A stretch of 64,000 nucleotides of DNA from Fulvivirga sp. (GCF_040218215.1 NZ_JAVJQL010000030.1:1823-65822), one strand, 5' to 3'; numbered from the stretch's first letter, positions 51,570-61,086 are shown. Program-made: numbers and translations. The notes: a model not told the origin generated them from the sequence alone.

Positions 51570-52475
51570 TTATTTCGGTATCACTACTCCTTCAGTATGC
51601 GCTATTGTCTGATAAAGTGCTGATATTTTTTTAGTTACAGGACCGATAGAATTACCAATCTTTCTGCCATCTATCTGTAACACAGGGGTTATCTCGCCCA
51701 TAGTGCCAGTTACAAACACTTCATCTGCCGTGTACATTTCAGAAATTGAAATACGCTTTTCTTTTATCGCAATATTATTTTTTTCACACAGGCTAATGAC
51801 ATTGGCACGGGTTATACCTGGCAGACAACTGTCAGCAAATGGGGTTTTTACAGATTCTTTGTTAATGAAAAAGATATTAGTGGCATTGGTTTCGGAAACA
51901 AACCCATCAACATCCAGCATAACAGCATCTTCTACGCCAGCAAGATTGGCTTCTATCTTGGCCAAAATGTTATTGACCAGATTGTTGTGATGGATTTTAG
52001 AATCAACACACTGCGGAGGGTTTCTTCTGATTGAGGAGGTTATTAGGCTAATACCATTATTGTCATAGACAGGTTTTTTCCACTCTGCCAGCACTATAAG
52101 TGTTGGTCCATACTGATTGTAGTGTGGGCTCATTCCTGAAGTTACTTTTTTACCTCTGGTAAGCGTGAGCCTGATATGAGCCTCATCATACATGCCATTG
52201 GCTTTTAAGGTTTTTAATACCTCTGCTTTTATTTCATTTTTGTCCGGAATTTGTGCGAATGCCATGGCTTTTGCAGAGTTGACCATTCTGTCGAGATGCT
52301 CATCAAGCATAAAAACCTTGCCGTCATAGATTCTCAGCCCTTCCCATACGGCATCTCCACCTTGCACGGCACTATCAAAAACCGAAATTTTGGCCTCATC
52401 ACGGTGTAGTAGCTCTCCATTGATGTTGATTAGAATGTTTTCATTTCTCGAGTCTGGCAGTTTGATCATATTCAA
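51570..52475 (-). CDS. Class IV PLP aminotransferase (BCAT/DAAT-like)
   Basis: GDAVWEGLR, HLDR, ETNATNIF, LPGITR and ADEVFVTGT motifs. Confidence 0.92.
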   Translation of the reverse strand: MNMIKLPDSRNENILININGELLHRDEAKISVFDSAVQGGDAVWEGLRIYDGKVFMLDEHLDRMVNSAKAMAFAQIPDKNEIKAEVLKTLKANGMYDEAHIRLTLTRGKKVTSGMSPHYNQYGPTLIVLAEWKKPVYDNNGISLITSSIRRNPPQCVDSKIHHNNLVNNILAKIEANLAGVEDAVMLDVDGFVSETNATNIFFINKESVKTPFADSCLPGITRANVISLCEKNNIAIKEKRISISEMYTADEVFVTGTMGEITPVLQIDGRKIGNSIGPVTKKISALYQTIAHTEGVVIPK

Positions 52476-53191
52476 TTAAGTTTTATCGCGTTTTCGTATA
52501 AATAGTCATAATAAGGAATGCACTCTTCAAGCAAAGGCTGCACATGAGAAGGTACTTCCGCCTTTTTCTTAGTGTAAGGCTCAAAACCCGTTGACTTGTG
52601 TACATTTTGATACCAATGCTTGGCCCAAACACCATCCTCTTTCCTTGGCTTAGCTTCCCATTCGAGCATATCAGGCTCGAATTTGATTTTCAGTATCGCG
52701 CATAATTTTTTTAAAGTGCTCTCCGGATTTAAAAGTAACTGCCTTGAGTCTATGACTGCCGGTGTTCTTCCTAAACCTTTTAGTTTTTTCAAAAGATCTA
52801 CCTGCATTTTCAAACCCGTGTCTCTCATAATTGGGTTAGGAATCTGGTTCACTAATGAAGGCAGCATTTCCCTGGGATCCCTGATGAGAAACACATTGTC
52901 ATAATCCAATAGCAACTCATCGCTAAGCCCTATCCAGTGATGCGCCATATTTTTTAAGAATAATATTGGTGTTGTTTTAGCCTGCTTGTTTAGCTGATGA
53001 ATTACCTTGAGCCCATCAGTTTCCATATTATTGATGACCTCCTGCTTTCCGGGGTGGTCAGCATCTGTCTTAGTTAGATAATGACCATATAGCGGTTCGT
53101 CCACAACATAAGTATCAGAGCGCTGGGCAAAAGAATACATCAGGGCTGTAGAAACATTTCGTGGCCCCGACCAAAGCGAGATTATTTTCAT
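52472..53191 (-). CDS. Sulfotransferase-like P-loop protein
   Basis: WSGPRNVSTALMYSF, DEPLY, LIRDP and DGVWAKHWY..VHKSTGF; 4-bp overlap with the aminotransferase. Confidence 0.85.
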   Translation of the reverse strand: MKIISLWSGPRNVSTALMYSFAQRSDTYVVDEPLYGHYLTKTDADHPGKQEVINNMETDGLKVIHQLNKQAKTTPILFLKNMAHHWIGLSDELLLDYDNVFLIRDPREMLPSLVNQIPNPIMRDTGLKMQVDLLKKLKGLGRTPAVIDSRQLLLNPESTLKKLCAILKIKFEPDMLEWEAKPRKEDGVWAKHWYQNVHKSTGFEPYTKKKAEVPSHVQPLLEECIPYYDYLYENAIKLN

Positions 53192-53249
53192 TGGGGTGTA
53201 AGCTATTAAAATTGGAGAGTAAATACAATATGAATATCTTCAAGTTGCA

Positions 53250-54257
53250 ATGCCCAGAAGTTTACAAAGATTAATTTTTGCTACAGCCCTATTTATCATC
53301 AGTATGTCACTGGGTGCTGTGGGTTATATTATAATTGAAGGCTTTGCACCTCTTGATGCCATCTATATGGCTGTTATAACATTTGCCACAGTTGGTTATA
53401 ATGAAGTAAACACCCTTTCTAGCGATGGAAAGATATTTACCATCATTTTTATCATGGTAAATCTGGGCATCTTTGCTTATACAGTGTCGGTATTGTCATC
53501 CTTCTTTTTTGAAGGGGAATTGAGGAGGGTTTTTAAAAATATAATAACTTCAAGAGACGTGAAAAAATTGAAAAACCATGTAATAGTCTGCGGGTTTGGG
53601 CGGAACGGTATTAAAGTATGCGAAGAGCTCAGAAATGATAATATTGAATTTATTGTAATTGAGTCTAACAGCGAAATCATTAGCTCATTCCCGGAGGATA
53701 AAAATTATTTTTTCATTAATGGCAATGCCACGCTTGATGAAGTGCTGATGGAAGCGGGAATAAAGGAGGCAAGTACTATTATTTGTAGCCTTCCACTGGA
53801 CGCAGATAATGTTTTTATTACCCTTACAGCTCGCGAGCTGAATAAAAAGATGAAGATTATTTCAAAAGCCAATGAACCAACTTCAGAGAAAAAGCTCTAC
53901 CGGGCAGGGGCTAATTATGTGGTAATGCCTGACAGACTTGGAGGTATTCATATGGCCAATTTGATTACTAAGCCTTATGTTATTGAGTTCCTTGAACTGC
54001 TGAATGGTGTTGGTGATAGCAAACTGGTATTAGAAGAGGTGAGCCACGATAAGCTTAAACTGGAATATCAGAATAAATCACTTCGCGAGCTTGATGTGCG
54101 TAATAAAACCGGAGCGACTATTATTGCCTTTAAAGATGAAGTAGAGGGATTTATATTTAACCCACACTCAGAAAAGGCAGTGCAGAAAGGCGATGTTCTG
54201 ATTGTACTAGGTAATACCAAAAACATCGTTCAGTTTAAGCAGGTGTTTGTGGTTTAG
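53250..54257 (+). CDS. Two-TM potassium channel with RCK (TrkA-N/C) domains
   Basis: TFATVGYNE selectivity-filter variant, VCGFGRNG Rossmann motif, TrkA-C tail. Confidence 0.92.
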   Translation: MPRSLQRLIFATALFIISMSLGAVGYIIIEGFAPLDAIYMAVITFATVGYNEVNTLSSDGKIFTIIFIMVNLGIFAYTVSVLSSFFFEGELRRVFKNIITSRDVKKLKNHVIVCGFGRNGIKVCEELRNDNIEFIVIESNSEIISSFPEDKNYFFINGNATLDEVLMEAGIKEASTIICSLPLDADNVFITLTARELNKKMKIISKANEPTSEKKLYRAGANYVVMPDRLGGIHMANLITKPYVIEFLELLNGVGDSKLVLEEVSHDKLKLEYQNKSLRELDVRNKTGATIIAFKDEVEGFIFNPHSEKAVQKGDVLIVLGNTKNIVQFKQVFVV

Positions 54258-54298
54258 AAATTCCTCGCAGGTGTTCAATGAGGTTTTATTGTTTTCAC
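54145..54298 (+). repeat. Copy A of a ~154-bp direct repeat (3' end of K+ channel gene plus downstream DNA)
   Basis: Hand alignment to 55065-55218 gives 21 mismatches over 154 bp (~86%). Confidence 0.93.
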
Positions 54299-54305
54299 CA
54301 GCACT

Positions 54306-54328
54306 CATCCTCGTTTGTAACGAGGATG
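54306..54328. repeat. REP-like hairpin CATCCTCGTT-TGT-AACGAGGATG
   Basis: Perfect 10-bp stem with 3-nt loop, upstream of the RAYT. Confidence 0.8.
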
Positions 54329-54378
54329 TTAGAGACCTGCATTTAAAATGCGGTAAAGGAAAATCAAAAAAAATTAAA

Positions 54379-54925
54379 ATGTCAGGAGATAGATATAAAA
54401 TACAAGACCAGCAGGCCTGTTATTTCATAACAATGACAGTAGTCTATTGGATAGATGTCTTTAGCAGAAAAGAGTATCGGGACATTATAGTTGATTCCCT
54501 GAATTATTGTACTGATCAAAAAGGATTGAAATTGTATGCCTGGGTAGTAATGAGTAATCACGTGCATATTGTTGGGCAGGTAGAATCAGAGTTAGGAATG
54601 TCAGGTTTTTTAAGGGATTTTAAAAAATACACCTCAAAGAGAATAATTGAGGCTATTGTAGAGATATCCGAAAGTAGGAGGGATTGGTTGGTCGATAAAT
54701 TTTCTTTTGAAGCTAAAAGGACTGGAAGAGCAGAGAACTATAAGCTGTGGAAGGATGATAACCATGCCATTGACATGAGTGATATTAATCTAGTGAACAA
54801 GATTGATTACATACATGGATAATCCTGTGCGGGCAGGTTTAGAAGAATTTCCTGATCATTATTTGTACAGCAGTGCAAGAGATTATGCAGGAATAAAAGG
54901 ATTAGTTAAAGTCACTATAGCCTGA
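54379..54925 (+). pseudogene. REP-associated tyrosine transposase (RAYT, Y1 HUH), +1 frameshift at ~54817
   Basis: YFITMTVVYWIDVF, HUH motif MSNHVH, RDFKKYTS, LWKDDNH, catalytic DYIH; the +1 frame continues DNPVRAG...YLYSSARDY to TGA at 54923-54925. Confidence 0.88.
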
Positions 54926-54926
54926 C

Positions 54927-55057
54927 ATACGTTGAAAACGTATAGCTCATTCATCCTCGTTGCAAACGAGGACGAGAGGGGGTTCATTAATATGCATACT
55001 CTGGCGCACATCTGTGATGCGTGACTTATTCTAATTGCACTCGTTAAAAACGAGCGC
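54927..55057. repeat. Cluster of four REP-like hairpins with 3-nt loops downstream of the RAYT
   Basis: ATACGTT-GAA-AACGTAT (54927-54943); CATCCTCGTT-GCA-AACGAGGACG (54952-54974); CGCACATC-TGT-GATGCGTG (55005-55023); GCACTCGTT-AAA-AACGAGCGC (55037-55057). Confidence 0.78.
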
Positions 55058-55064
55058 TAACGGA

Positions 55065-55218
55065 AGGGATTTATTTTCAACCCACATTCAGAAAAGGTAG
55101 TGCAAGAAGGCGATCCTTTGATTGTATTAGGCAATACCAAAAACATTGTACAGTTTAAGCAGGTGTTTGTGGTTTAGAAATTCCTTGCAGGTGTTAAATA
55201 TGATTCTATTGTTTCAAC
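55065..55218 (+). repeat. Copy B: orphan 3' fragment of the K+ channel gene (GFIFNPHSEKVVQEGDPLIVLGNTKNIVQFKQVFVV*) plus downstream DNA
   Basis: Direct repeat of 54145-54298 at a 920-bp offset; followed by a degenerate hairpin CTCGTT-ACA-AATGAG (55218-55232). Confidence 0.93.
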
Positions 55219-55436
55219 TCGTTACAAATGAGAGCTAGCGAAGCTTTAGGAGTTGCTTGTGCCGATAAGAATAGAAATAATAATTATGGCAGCTACTACT
55301 AGTAATGGTATTAGACATCCTGAAATGAATTTTGGGGGCCTTTAAGGTACTTGACTACCTGGTGCATCACCTCTGTATTTATAACTGGTAAAGGTCAATA
55401 GTTAATCAATATTTAGCTTTCAAAGAATTCATAAAA

Positions 55437-55961
55437 TCACTTAAACCCAATCTGCTTTCCACGCCAGCCCTTCGCTTCTATATCTTCTGCGGTTTTTAGC
55501 ACTTTGTCTTTTAGCTGTGTTTTATAGGTCTCCAGATTTTTGCCAATTTCCTCATCAAAAGCACCAATGATTTCAGCAGCTAGAATGCCTGCATTTTTAG
55601 CACCATCAAGTGCTACAGTCGCTACTGGTATGCCTCCCGGCATTTGTAGAATAGAAAGGATAGAATCCCAACCATCAATAGAGTTACTTGATTTTACTGG
55701 AACGCCAATAACAGGTAAAGTGGTAATGGAAGAAACCATACCCGGTAAATGTGCCGCACCGCCAGCGCCAGCAATAATCACCTTCAATCCACGCTCTTTG
55801 GCTGACTTCGCATAATCATACATTCTTTCTGGTGTTCTGTGTGCAGAAACAACAGTCAGCTCATATTCTACCTTAAGTTCTTCCAAAATTTCAGCAGCAT
55901 CTTTCATTACTCTTAAATCAGAGTCGCTGCCCATGATTATACCTACTAGTGGCTTGCTCAT
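55437..55961 (-). CDS. purE: N5-CAIR mutase
   Basis: [27 protein letters not shown] and [11 protein letters not shown] motifs. Confidence 0.97.
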   Translation of the reverse strand: MSKPLVGIIMGSDSDLRVMKDAAEILEELKVEYELTVVSAHRTPERMYDYAKSAKERGLKVIIAGAGGAAHLPGMVSSITTLPVIGVPVKSSNSIDGWDSILSILQMPGGIPVATVALDGAKNAGILAAEIIGAFDEEIGKNLETYKTQLKDKVLKTAEDIEAKGWRGKQIGFK

Positions 55962-55964
55962 AAT

Positions 55965-57104
55965 CTATGCTTTTACTTTCAATGTATTTTTTACCAGATC
56001 AACAGCCTTTTTGAGCGCTGCCGTATCATTATTTCTTATCGTAACATGCCCCATTTTTCTAAAGGGCTTAGTAGTCAATTTTCCATACAAATGGACATGC
56101 ACCCCTTTTTCTGCCATTACTTTTTCCAACCCTTCATATTTGGCGATGCCAGTAAAGTCCTCTTCACCCAGTAAGTTAACCATGGCCGAAGGCAGCAGGA
56201 TATCCGTATTGCCCAAAGGCAAATTGAAAATGGCTCTCAGGTGCTGCTCATATTGTGATGTAAAATTAGCTTCTATGGTTTGATGACCACTGTTATGCGG
56301 ACGAGGGGCTATTTCATTGACCAGCACTTTTCCATCTTTAGTCACAAACATTTCAACAGCTAAAAGGCCAACCATTCCCAATCGGTTGATCACTGTCTTA
56401 GCTATCTCTTGAGCATCAGATTCTATATCAGCACTGATATCTGCTGGCGAAAACAAATACTCTACCATATTGGCCTCAGGGTGAAAAACCATTTCCACAG
56501 CAGGGAAGGTTTTAACCTCACCGCTCTCATTTCTTGCAACAATGACGGCAATCTCCTTATTGAAATCTACCAGTTTCTCCAGCAAACTTGGTGCTTCAAA
56601 GGCCTTATCAAGATCGGCTTCAGTTCTAAGAATTTGAACACCCCGGCCATCATAGCCTTCTTTTCCCAGCTTGTTAACAGCCGGCAGAAAGTTTTTATGG
56701 GTGATTACAGTTTCCTTATTATCGGTCAGGATAAATTCTGCGGTAGGTATATTATTATCTTTATAATACTGCTTTTGGATACGCTTGTCTTTTATCAGCT
56801 CGACAACCTCAGGTTGTGGATAAACTTTTACACCTTCTTTGGCCAATTGCTTCAGGGCATCCGTGTTTACATTTTCAATTTCAATGCTGATGAGATCGCA
56901 ACCCTTACCAAAGTTGTAAACAGTGTCATAATCGGTGAGCTTGCCAACAATAAATTCTGAAACAATGTTTTTACAAGGAGCATTGGCATCAGGGTCAAGG
57001 ATTTTGATATCGATATTAAAATCCAGTGCAGACTGCACGAGCATTCTGCCTAACTGGCCACCGCCTAATATTCCTAGTTTTTGTTCCTGTATTCCTTTGG
57101 TCAT
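55965..57104 (-). CDS. purK: N5-CAIR synthetase
   Basis: GILGGGQLGRM, GYDGRG, NEIAPRPHNSGH and HLYGK...RKMGH motifs. Confidence 0.97.
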   Translation of the reverse strand: MTKGIQEQKLGILGGGQLGRMLVQSALDFNIDIKILDPDANAPCKNIVSEFIVGKLTDYDTVYNFGKGCDLISIEIENVNTDALKQLAKEGVKVYPQPEVVELIKDKRIQKQYYKDNNIPTAEFILTDNKETVITHKNFLPAVNKLGKEGYDGRGVQILRTEADLDKAFEAPSLLEKLVDFNKEIAVIVARNESGEVKTFPAVEMVFHPEANMVEYLFSPADISADIESDAQEIAKTVINRLGMVGLLAVEMFVTKDGKVLVNEIAPRPHNSGHQTIEANFTSQYEQHLRAIFNLPLGNTDILLPSAMVNLLGEEDFTGIAKYEGLEKVMAEKGVHVHLYGKLTTKPFRKMGHVTIRNNDTAALKKAVDLVKNTLKVKA

Positions 57105-59038
57105 TCTAATTCAATCGTATTTATCTTATCTCCAACCTCCATTTTATGCACTACGTCCATGCCCTCAGTCACTTTTGCAAAGATAGTATAACTTCCATCT
57201 AAATGAGGAGTAGGTGAATGTGTAATGAACCACTGAGTTCCCTCAGTGTCTTGACCTGCCGAAGCCATGCCCACACTGCCTTCTTCATATCTCAGGTTCG
57301 CAAATTCGGAACGGATCGAGTAATCTTCTCCTCCATAACCATCGCCACGATTACAGCCTCCTTGGATAACAAAATTAGGAACTACCCGATGAAAGTTCTT
57401 ACCATTATAATAACCAGATTTGGCCAATGCAATAAAATTAACCACGGAACCAGGCGCATCATTTACCAGCATTCTCAATTTGACAACGCCTTTATCCGTT
57501 GAGATTTTTACAATTTGTTCTTTGTCGATGCCTTTAATAGCCGGCCAATCAATAGGATGGTTATATTCATTTTCAGGCGCTGTGTATTCCTCATTATTAA
57601 AGAATGCAATGGCCCTATCTAGCATTTGAATGGCTTCAATATCTTTTGGCAACTGAAGTGTGCTTCTTACCTCAGTTAAAAACTTAGCAGAATCATAGAC
57701 GGCTTTAAAGTTCAGATCAGGGTCAGTGATTACTGATCCTGCCACAGCTATCATGGCAATGTCTTTGGTTTCAATGGCTTGCTTAAAAATATCTGCAAAT
57801 GGCGCTTCTAATTTTTGAGGGAAGTTTTCATTAACACGCATTGTCGCTAATGCAGTAATACCTGCTGTGCCGATAGCCTTAGGTGTCTCTGCAAAAGTCT
57901 TTGTTACCACAAATTCATGAGCCAGCGGGGAGTTTCCTAGCGCACCGAGTAGATCGGCTTTATAATAATCGGATGCTGCATTATTATATTCGCTAATAAT
58001 GGCCTCAATGACCGGTTGTTTATCCTCTGCAAGTTTCAGCTGTGTACCTAATAGGGCAGCATTTATTCTGCCGGGTAAACCTTGCTTGGTTAAAGAGGTA
58101 ACGGCTTCAAGATCATTTTCATTGGCCTTGTTAGCAACTATGCCGGCAGCTGTAATTCCAACATTCACATTTTCATCATCGAGGGATTCAAAGACTGCGG
58201 TTTTGATATCCTTAAATTCAAATTTTGTTAAAGATCTTAATGCATTGACTCGTACTCTGTAATCAGAGTCTTTGGCTATAGCTGTAAGTGCGTCTAATGA
58301 TTTAGGTTCAATAGCATTGCCAAGCGCCAATGCGCTGGCCATTCTCACAAATGGTGATTTGTCTTTAGAGGCAGATTTAATGATCAATCCTGACCGGCCT
58401 TTTAAATCCAAATTTCTGCTTCGGCCTAAGAAATGTGCTGCACCTAATCTTGTCATATAAGAATTAGAGCTGTCTAATAATGAAATGGCTAAATCAACAG
58501 AAATACCATCATGCACATTTCTGAGACCAGCTCTGTATAATCCCCAAGCCAGACCTTGCTTGTCATCAGAGGTTTTAAGTGGCCAATATTGAAGCTGTCT
58601 TAATTTTTCCTGAGTAATTACCTTGCCCAATGATTCTAGTAACTGCTGCCTTACATAAACGCTGTCCTCAACCTCCAGGCTGCTAACTATTGGAGCAATA
58701 GCAGCAGTGTCTTTCATTTGGCCGAGCGCATAGGCCGCAGCTTTACGTACTTTAGGCGAACCGTCATTCAAGTTAAAAGCCACATTTTTGATGGCGGAGG
58801 TATCTTGTATGGAACCAAAGCCTAGTGTAGCCTCATACCTAAGCGTGTCATTTTCATGTCTTAGATAGGGCAATAGTTGTTTGGAGTCTCTCTTATCAAT
58901 GAGATCATAAATTTTAACCAGCTCCTCATTTTCAAATTTATTGGAAACAGGACTCTCAACTTTTTCAACCTGGCTTTGACAGGCAGAAATGATAATGATA
59001 ATCAGTGCAACGGGCCAGCTCTTTAATAATTTATACAT
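57101..59038 (-). CDS. Lipoprotein with HEAT repeats and C-terminal cyclophilin-type PPIase
   Basis: Lipobox ISAC; HEAT repeats (VRKAAAYALGQ); FHRVVPNFVIQGG and SQW-like GTQWFITHS. Confidence 0.9.
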   Translation of the reverse strand: MYKLLKSWPVALIIIIISACQSQVEKVESPVSNKFENEELVKIYDLIDKRDSKQLLPYLRHENDTLRYEATLGFGSIQDTSAIKNVAFNLNDGSPKVRKAAAYALGQMKDTAAIAPIVSSLEVEDSVYVRQQLLESLGKVITQEKLRQLQYWPLKTSDDKQGLAWGLYRAGLRNVHDGISVDLAISLLDSSNSYMTRLGAAHFLGRSRNLDLKGRSGLIIKSASKDKSPFVRMASALALGNAIEPKSLDALTAIAKDSDYRVRVNALRSLTKFEFKDIKTAVFESLDDENVNVGITAAGIVANKANENDLEAVTSLTKQGLPGRINAALLGTQLKLAEDKQPVIEAIISEYNNAASDYYKADLLGALGNSPLAHEFVVTKTFAETPKAIGTAGITALATMRVNENFPQKLEAPFADIFKQAIETKDIAMIAVAGSVITDPDLNFKAVYDSAKFLTEVRSTLQLPKDIEAIQMLDRAIAFFNNEEYTAPENEYNHPIDWPAIKGIDKEQIVKISTDKGVVKLRMLVNDAPGSVVNFIALAKSGYYNGKNFHRVVPNFVIQGGCNRGDGYGGEDYSIRSEFANLRYEEGSVGMASAGQDTEGTQWFITHSPTPHLDGSYTIFAKVTEGMDVVHKMEVGDKINTIELE

Positions 59039-59066
59039 GCTAAAAAATTTATGCTAAGTTATGTCT

Positions 59067-60401
59067 TTAATGTGATACGTCTTTTATCGTTTCCCAAATC
59101 CTATCCACCCAGTCGATGTGCTGGTGCTTCATCAGGCAGCTTCTTAAGCAGGTTACATACTCTTGATCTTTTTCAATATTGTCCCATTCGTTCGAAAGAA
59201 GTTTAACTGGTATTTTTATTAGAGCCAGATGAACTCCTTTTTTAGCAGTCTTTTCAAAAATTTCATTTGATTTGGCACTGATACTACTAAGTGAACTTCC
59301 TGTTGGTGCCCAAACAACAATATCTATTTCAGGTTTAAATAGAGAAATGGATGCTTCATCATTTTCAATATGTTCATAAAGCTTTAAGGCCGCTGAATGA
59401 CATTTTTCAAGTCCATTGGCGAAATCACTTTTAGGCTTGATTGGAAAATATTTCATAGTGGCCCAAAGTGCCACAGCTGCTGCACCGGCTCTGGAACATT
59501 CGAGGCTGATTTCACCCAAATGTAGTTCTGCCGAGCTGAAATACGTGTACGGAGAATTATGTTGATAATAGCCACCCACCAAAGGGTCTTTGAAAAGGAT
59601 ACACCCACAACCATAGGGCTGCAGTCCATGTTTATGTGGATCTATTACAATACTATCAGCATGGTGGATATTAGCATATTGTTCTGTAGTTTCAGGAGCC
59701 AGGTTTTCTGCTAATTTGAAATAACCTCCATAGGCTGCATCTACATGAATTCTGAAATTATATTTTTTCTGCAGCGGAAGAATTTCGGTGAGTGGATCTA
59801 CCGATCCGGTACCTGTTGTACCTAATGTACAAACCACTGTACCCACATTTTTTGTCTTTAATATTTCCTCTAAAGCAGATGCATCCATTCTGCCCAGATT
59901 ATCACAACCTACTTTTGAAAACCCCAACCCAACCACCTCTGAAATACGCTCATGTGTATAATGTGCCATTTCTGAGGCCACAACAATCTTATCAGGATGA
60001 ATTTTTCTGGCGATCCAAAGTGCCTCCATATTAGCCATGGTTCCACCTCCGGTCAAATGACCTAAATGCTCTTGCCAGCCAAACATATTGGCAATTTCTG
60101 CCACGGCCTCTTTTTCAAGGGATGAACTCGCTCTTCCTCCATCTAAGGCATGATTGTTTGGGTTTATGTGCATTGCTAAGGTGTAAGCCAGTCGGGCAAT
60201 GGGGTGCGGAGGCTTAAGCATTTGGCCAGCATAATTGGGATCAAAATAGGGATAGTTGTCACCCATTTTATCAGCAACTTCTGATAGAACCTTTTCCAGA
60301 GAAGCATAATTTACGTTCGTCTCATGTATTGGATATCCAAAATTATTCTGGAGTTTTTCTAAAGCAGCACCTAATATTTCGAGTTCTTTTTGCCATTGCA
60401 T
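59067..60401 (-). CDS. Group II PLP-dependent decarboxylase
   Basis: GGTMANMEALW, GTTGTG.VDP, HVDAAYGG and DPHK (PLP lysine). Confidence 0.9.
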   Translation of the reverse strand: MQWQKELEILGAALEKLQNNFGYPIHETNVNYASLEKVLSEVADKMGDNYPYFDPNYAGQMLKPPHPIARLAYTLAMHINPNNHALDGGRASSSLEKEAVAEIANMFGWQEHLGHLTGGGTMANMEALWIARKIHPDKIVVASEMAHYTHERISEVVGLGFSKVGCDNLGRMDASALEEILKTKNVGTVVCTLGTTGTGSVDPLTEILPLQKKYNFRIHVDAAYGGYFKLAENLAPETTEQYANIHHADSIVIDPHKHGLQPYGCGCILFKDPLVGGYYQHNSPYTYFSSAELHLGEISLECSRAGAAAVALWATMKYFPIKPKSDFANGLEKCHSAALKLYEHIENDEASISLFKPEIDIVVWAPTGSSLSSISAKSNEIFEKTAKKGVHLALIKIPVKLLSNEWDNIEKDQEYVTCLRSCLMKHQHIDWVDRIWETIKDVSH

Positions 60402-60507
60402 AGGTCAATAATACCGCATTTAGGGGGCATTACAAACTGCTTTTTGCTCAAAGAATATTTTTTGGAACAATGTTTGGTTATGTTTGAAAAGATCAAACAA
60501 TGGGGTT

Positions 60508-61086
60508 ATGAAAATACTACTTACAATAATGAGCCTGGGGTTATTATTAACCTTTAGCGCATGCAGAATTTCTGATGAAGGTCCCATTGGGCCTCAAGGC
60601 CCTCAGGGTAATGATGGTCCTCAGGGCCCACAAGGAGAACCTGGAGAGGAAGCCTATGTTTTTGAATATGAAGGTGTTTCTTTTACCGGACCGGAATATG
60701 AAGTTATTCTGCCTTATGCTGATGATTTTACGGCACTTACTTCTGATGTCACTTTAGTTTATCTCTTGTGGGGAACAGATGAGGTCAATGGTGAGACAGT
60801 TGAAGTTTGGAGACCTTTGCCTCAGTCAATCATCACGGCCAATGGATTGTTGCAATATAATTTCGACTTTACCATTTATGATGTGAAGTTGTTTTTAGAC
60901 GCACAATTTCCCTTAGACAACCTGACTGCTCAAGATACAGATAACTGGATAGTTAGAATAGTGGTAGTTCCTGGAAAGTTCTGGAATGGTAGAAAAGGAT
61001 CAACACCAAGTTATGATGAAGTAGTTGAACTATATAATCTGCCAGACTTGGGTAAAAGGGAGAACATAATTGAAAGAAAGAGATAG
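60508..61086 (+). CDS. Lipoprotein with short collagen-like (Gly-X-Y) repeat
   Basis: Lipobox FSAC from ATG 60508; eight G-X-Y triplets from GPI to GEE. Confidence 0.8.
   Translation: MKILLTIMSLGLLLTFSACRISDEGPIGPQGPQGNDGPQGPQGEPGEEAYVFEYEGVSFTGPEYEVILPYADDFTALTSDVTLVYLLWGTDEVNGETVEVWRPLPQSIITANGLLQYNFDFTIYDVKLFLDAQFPLDNLTAQDTDNWIVRIVVVPGKFWNGRKGSTPSYDEVVELYNLPDLGKRENIIERKR

Noticed and set aside
55240-55436. Minus-strand hydrophobic reading (RPPKFISGCLIPLLVVAAIIIISILIG) after an in-frame TAA
   Set aside because: No start codon after the stop and too short to call a gene or a readthrough event.
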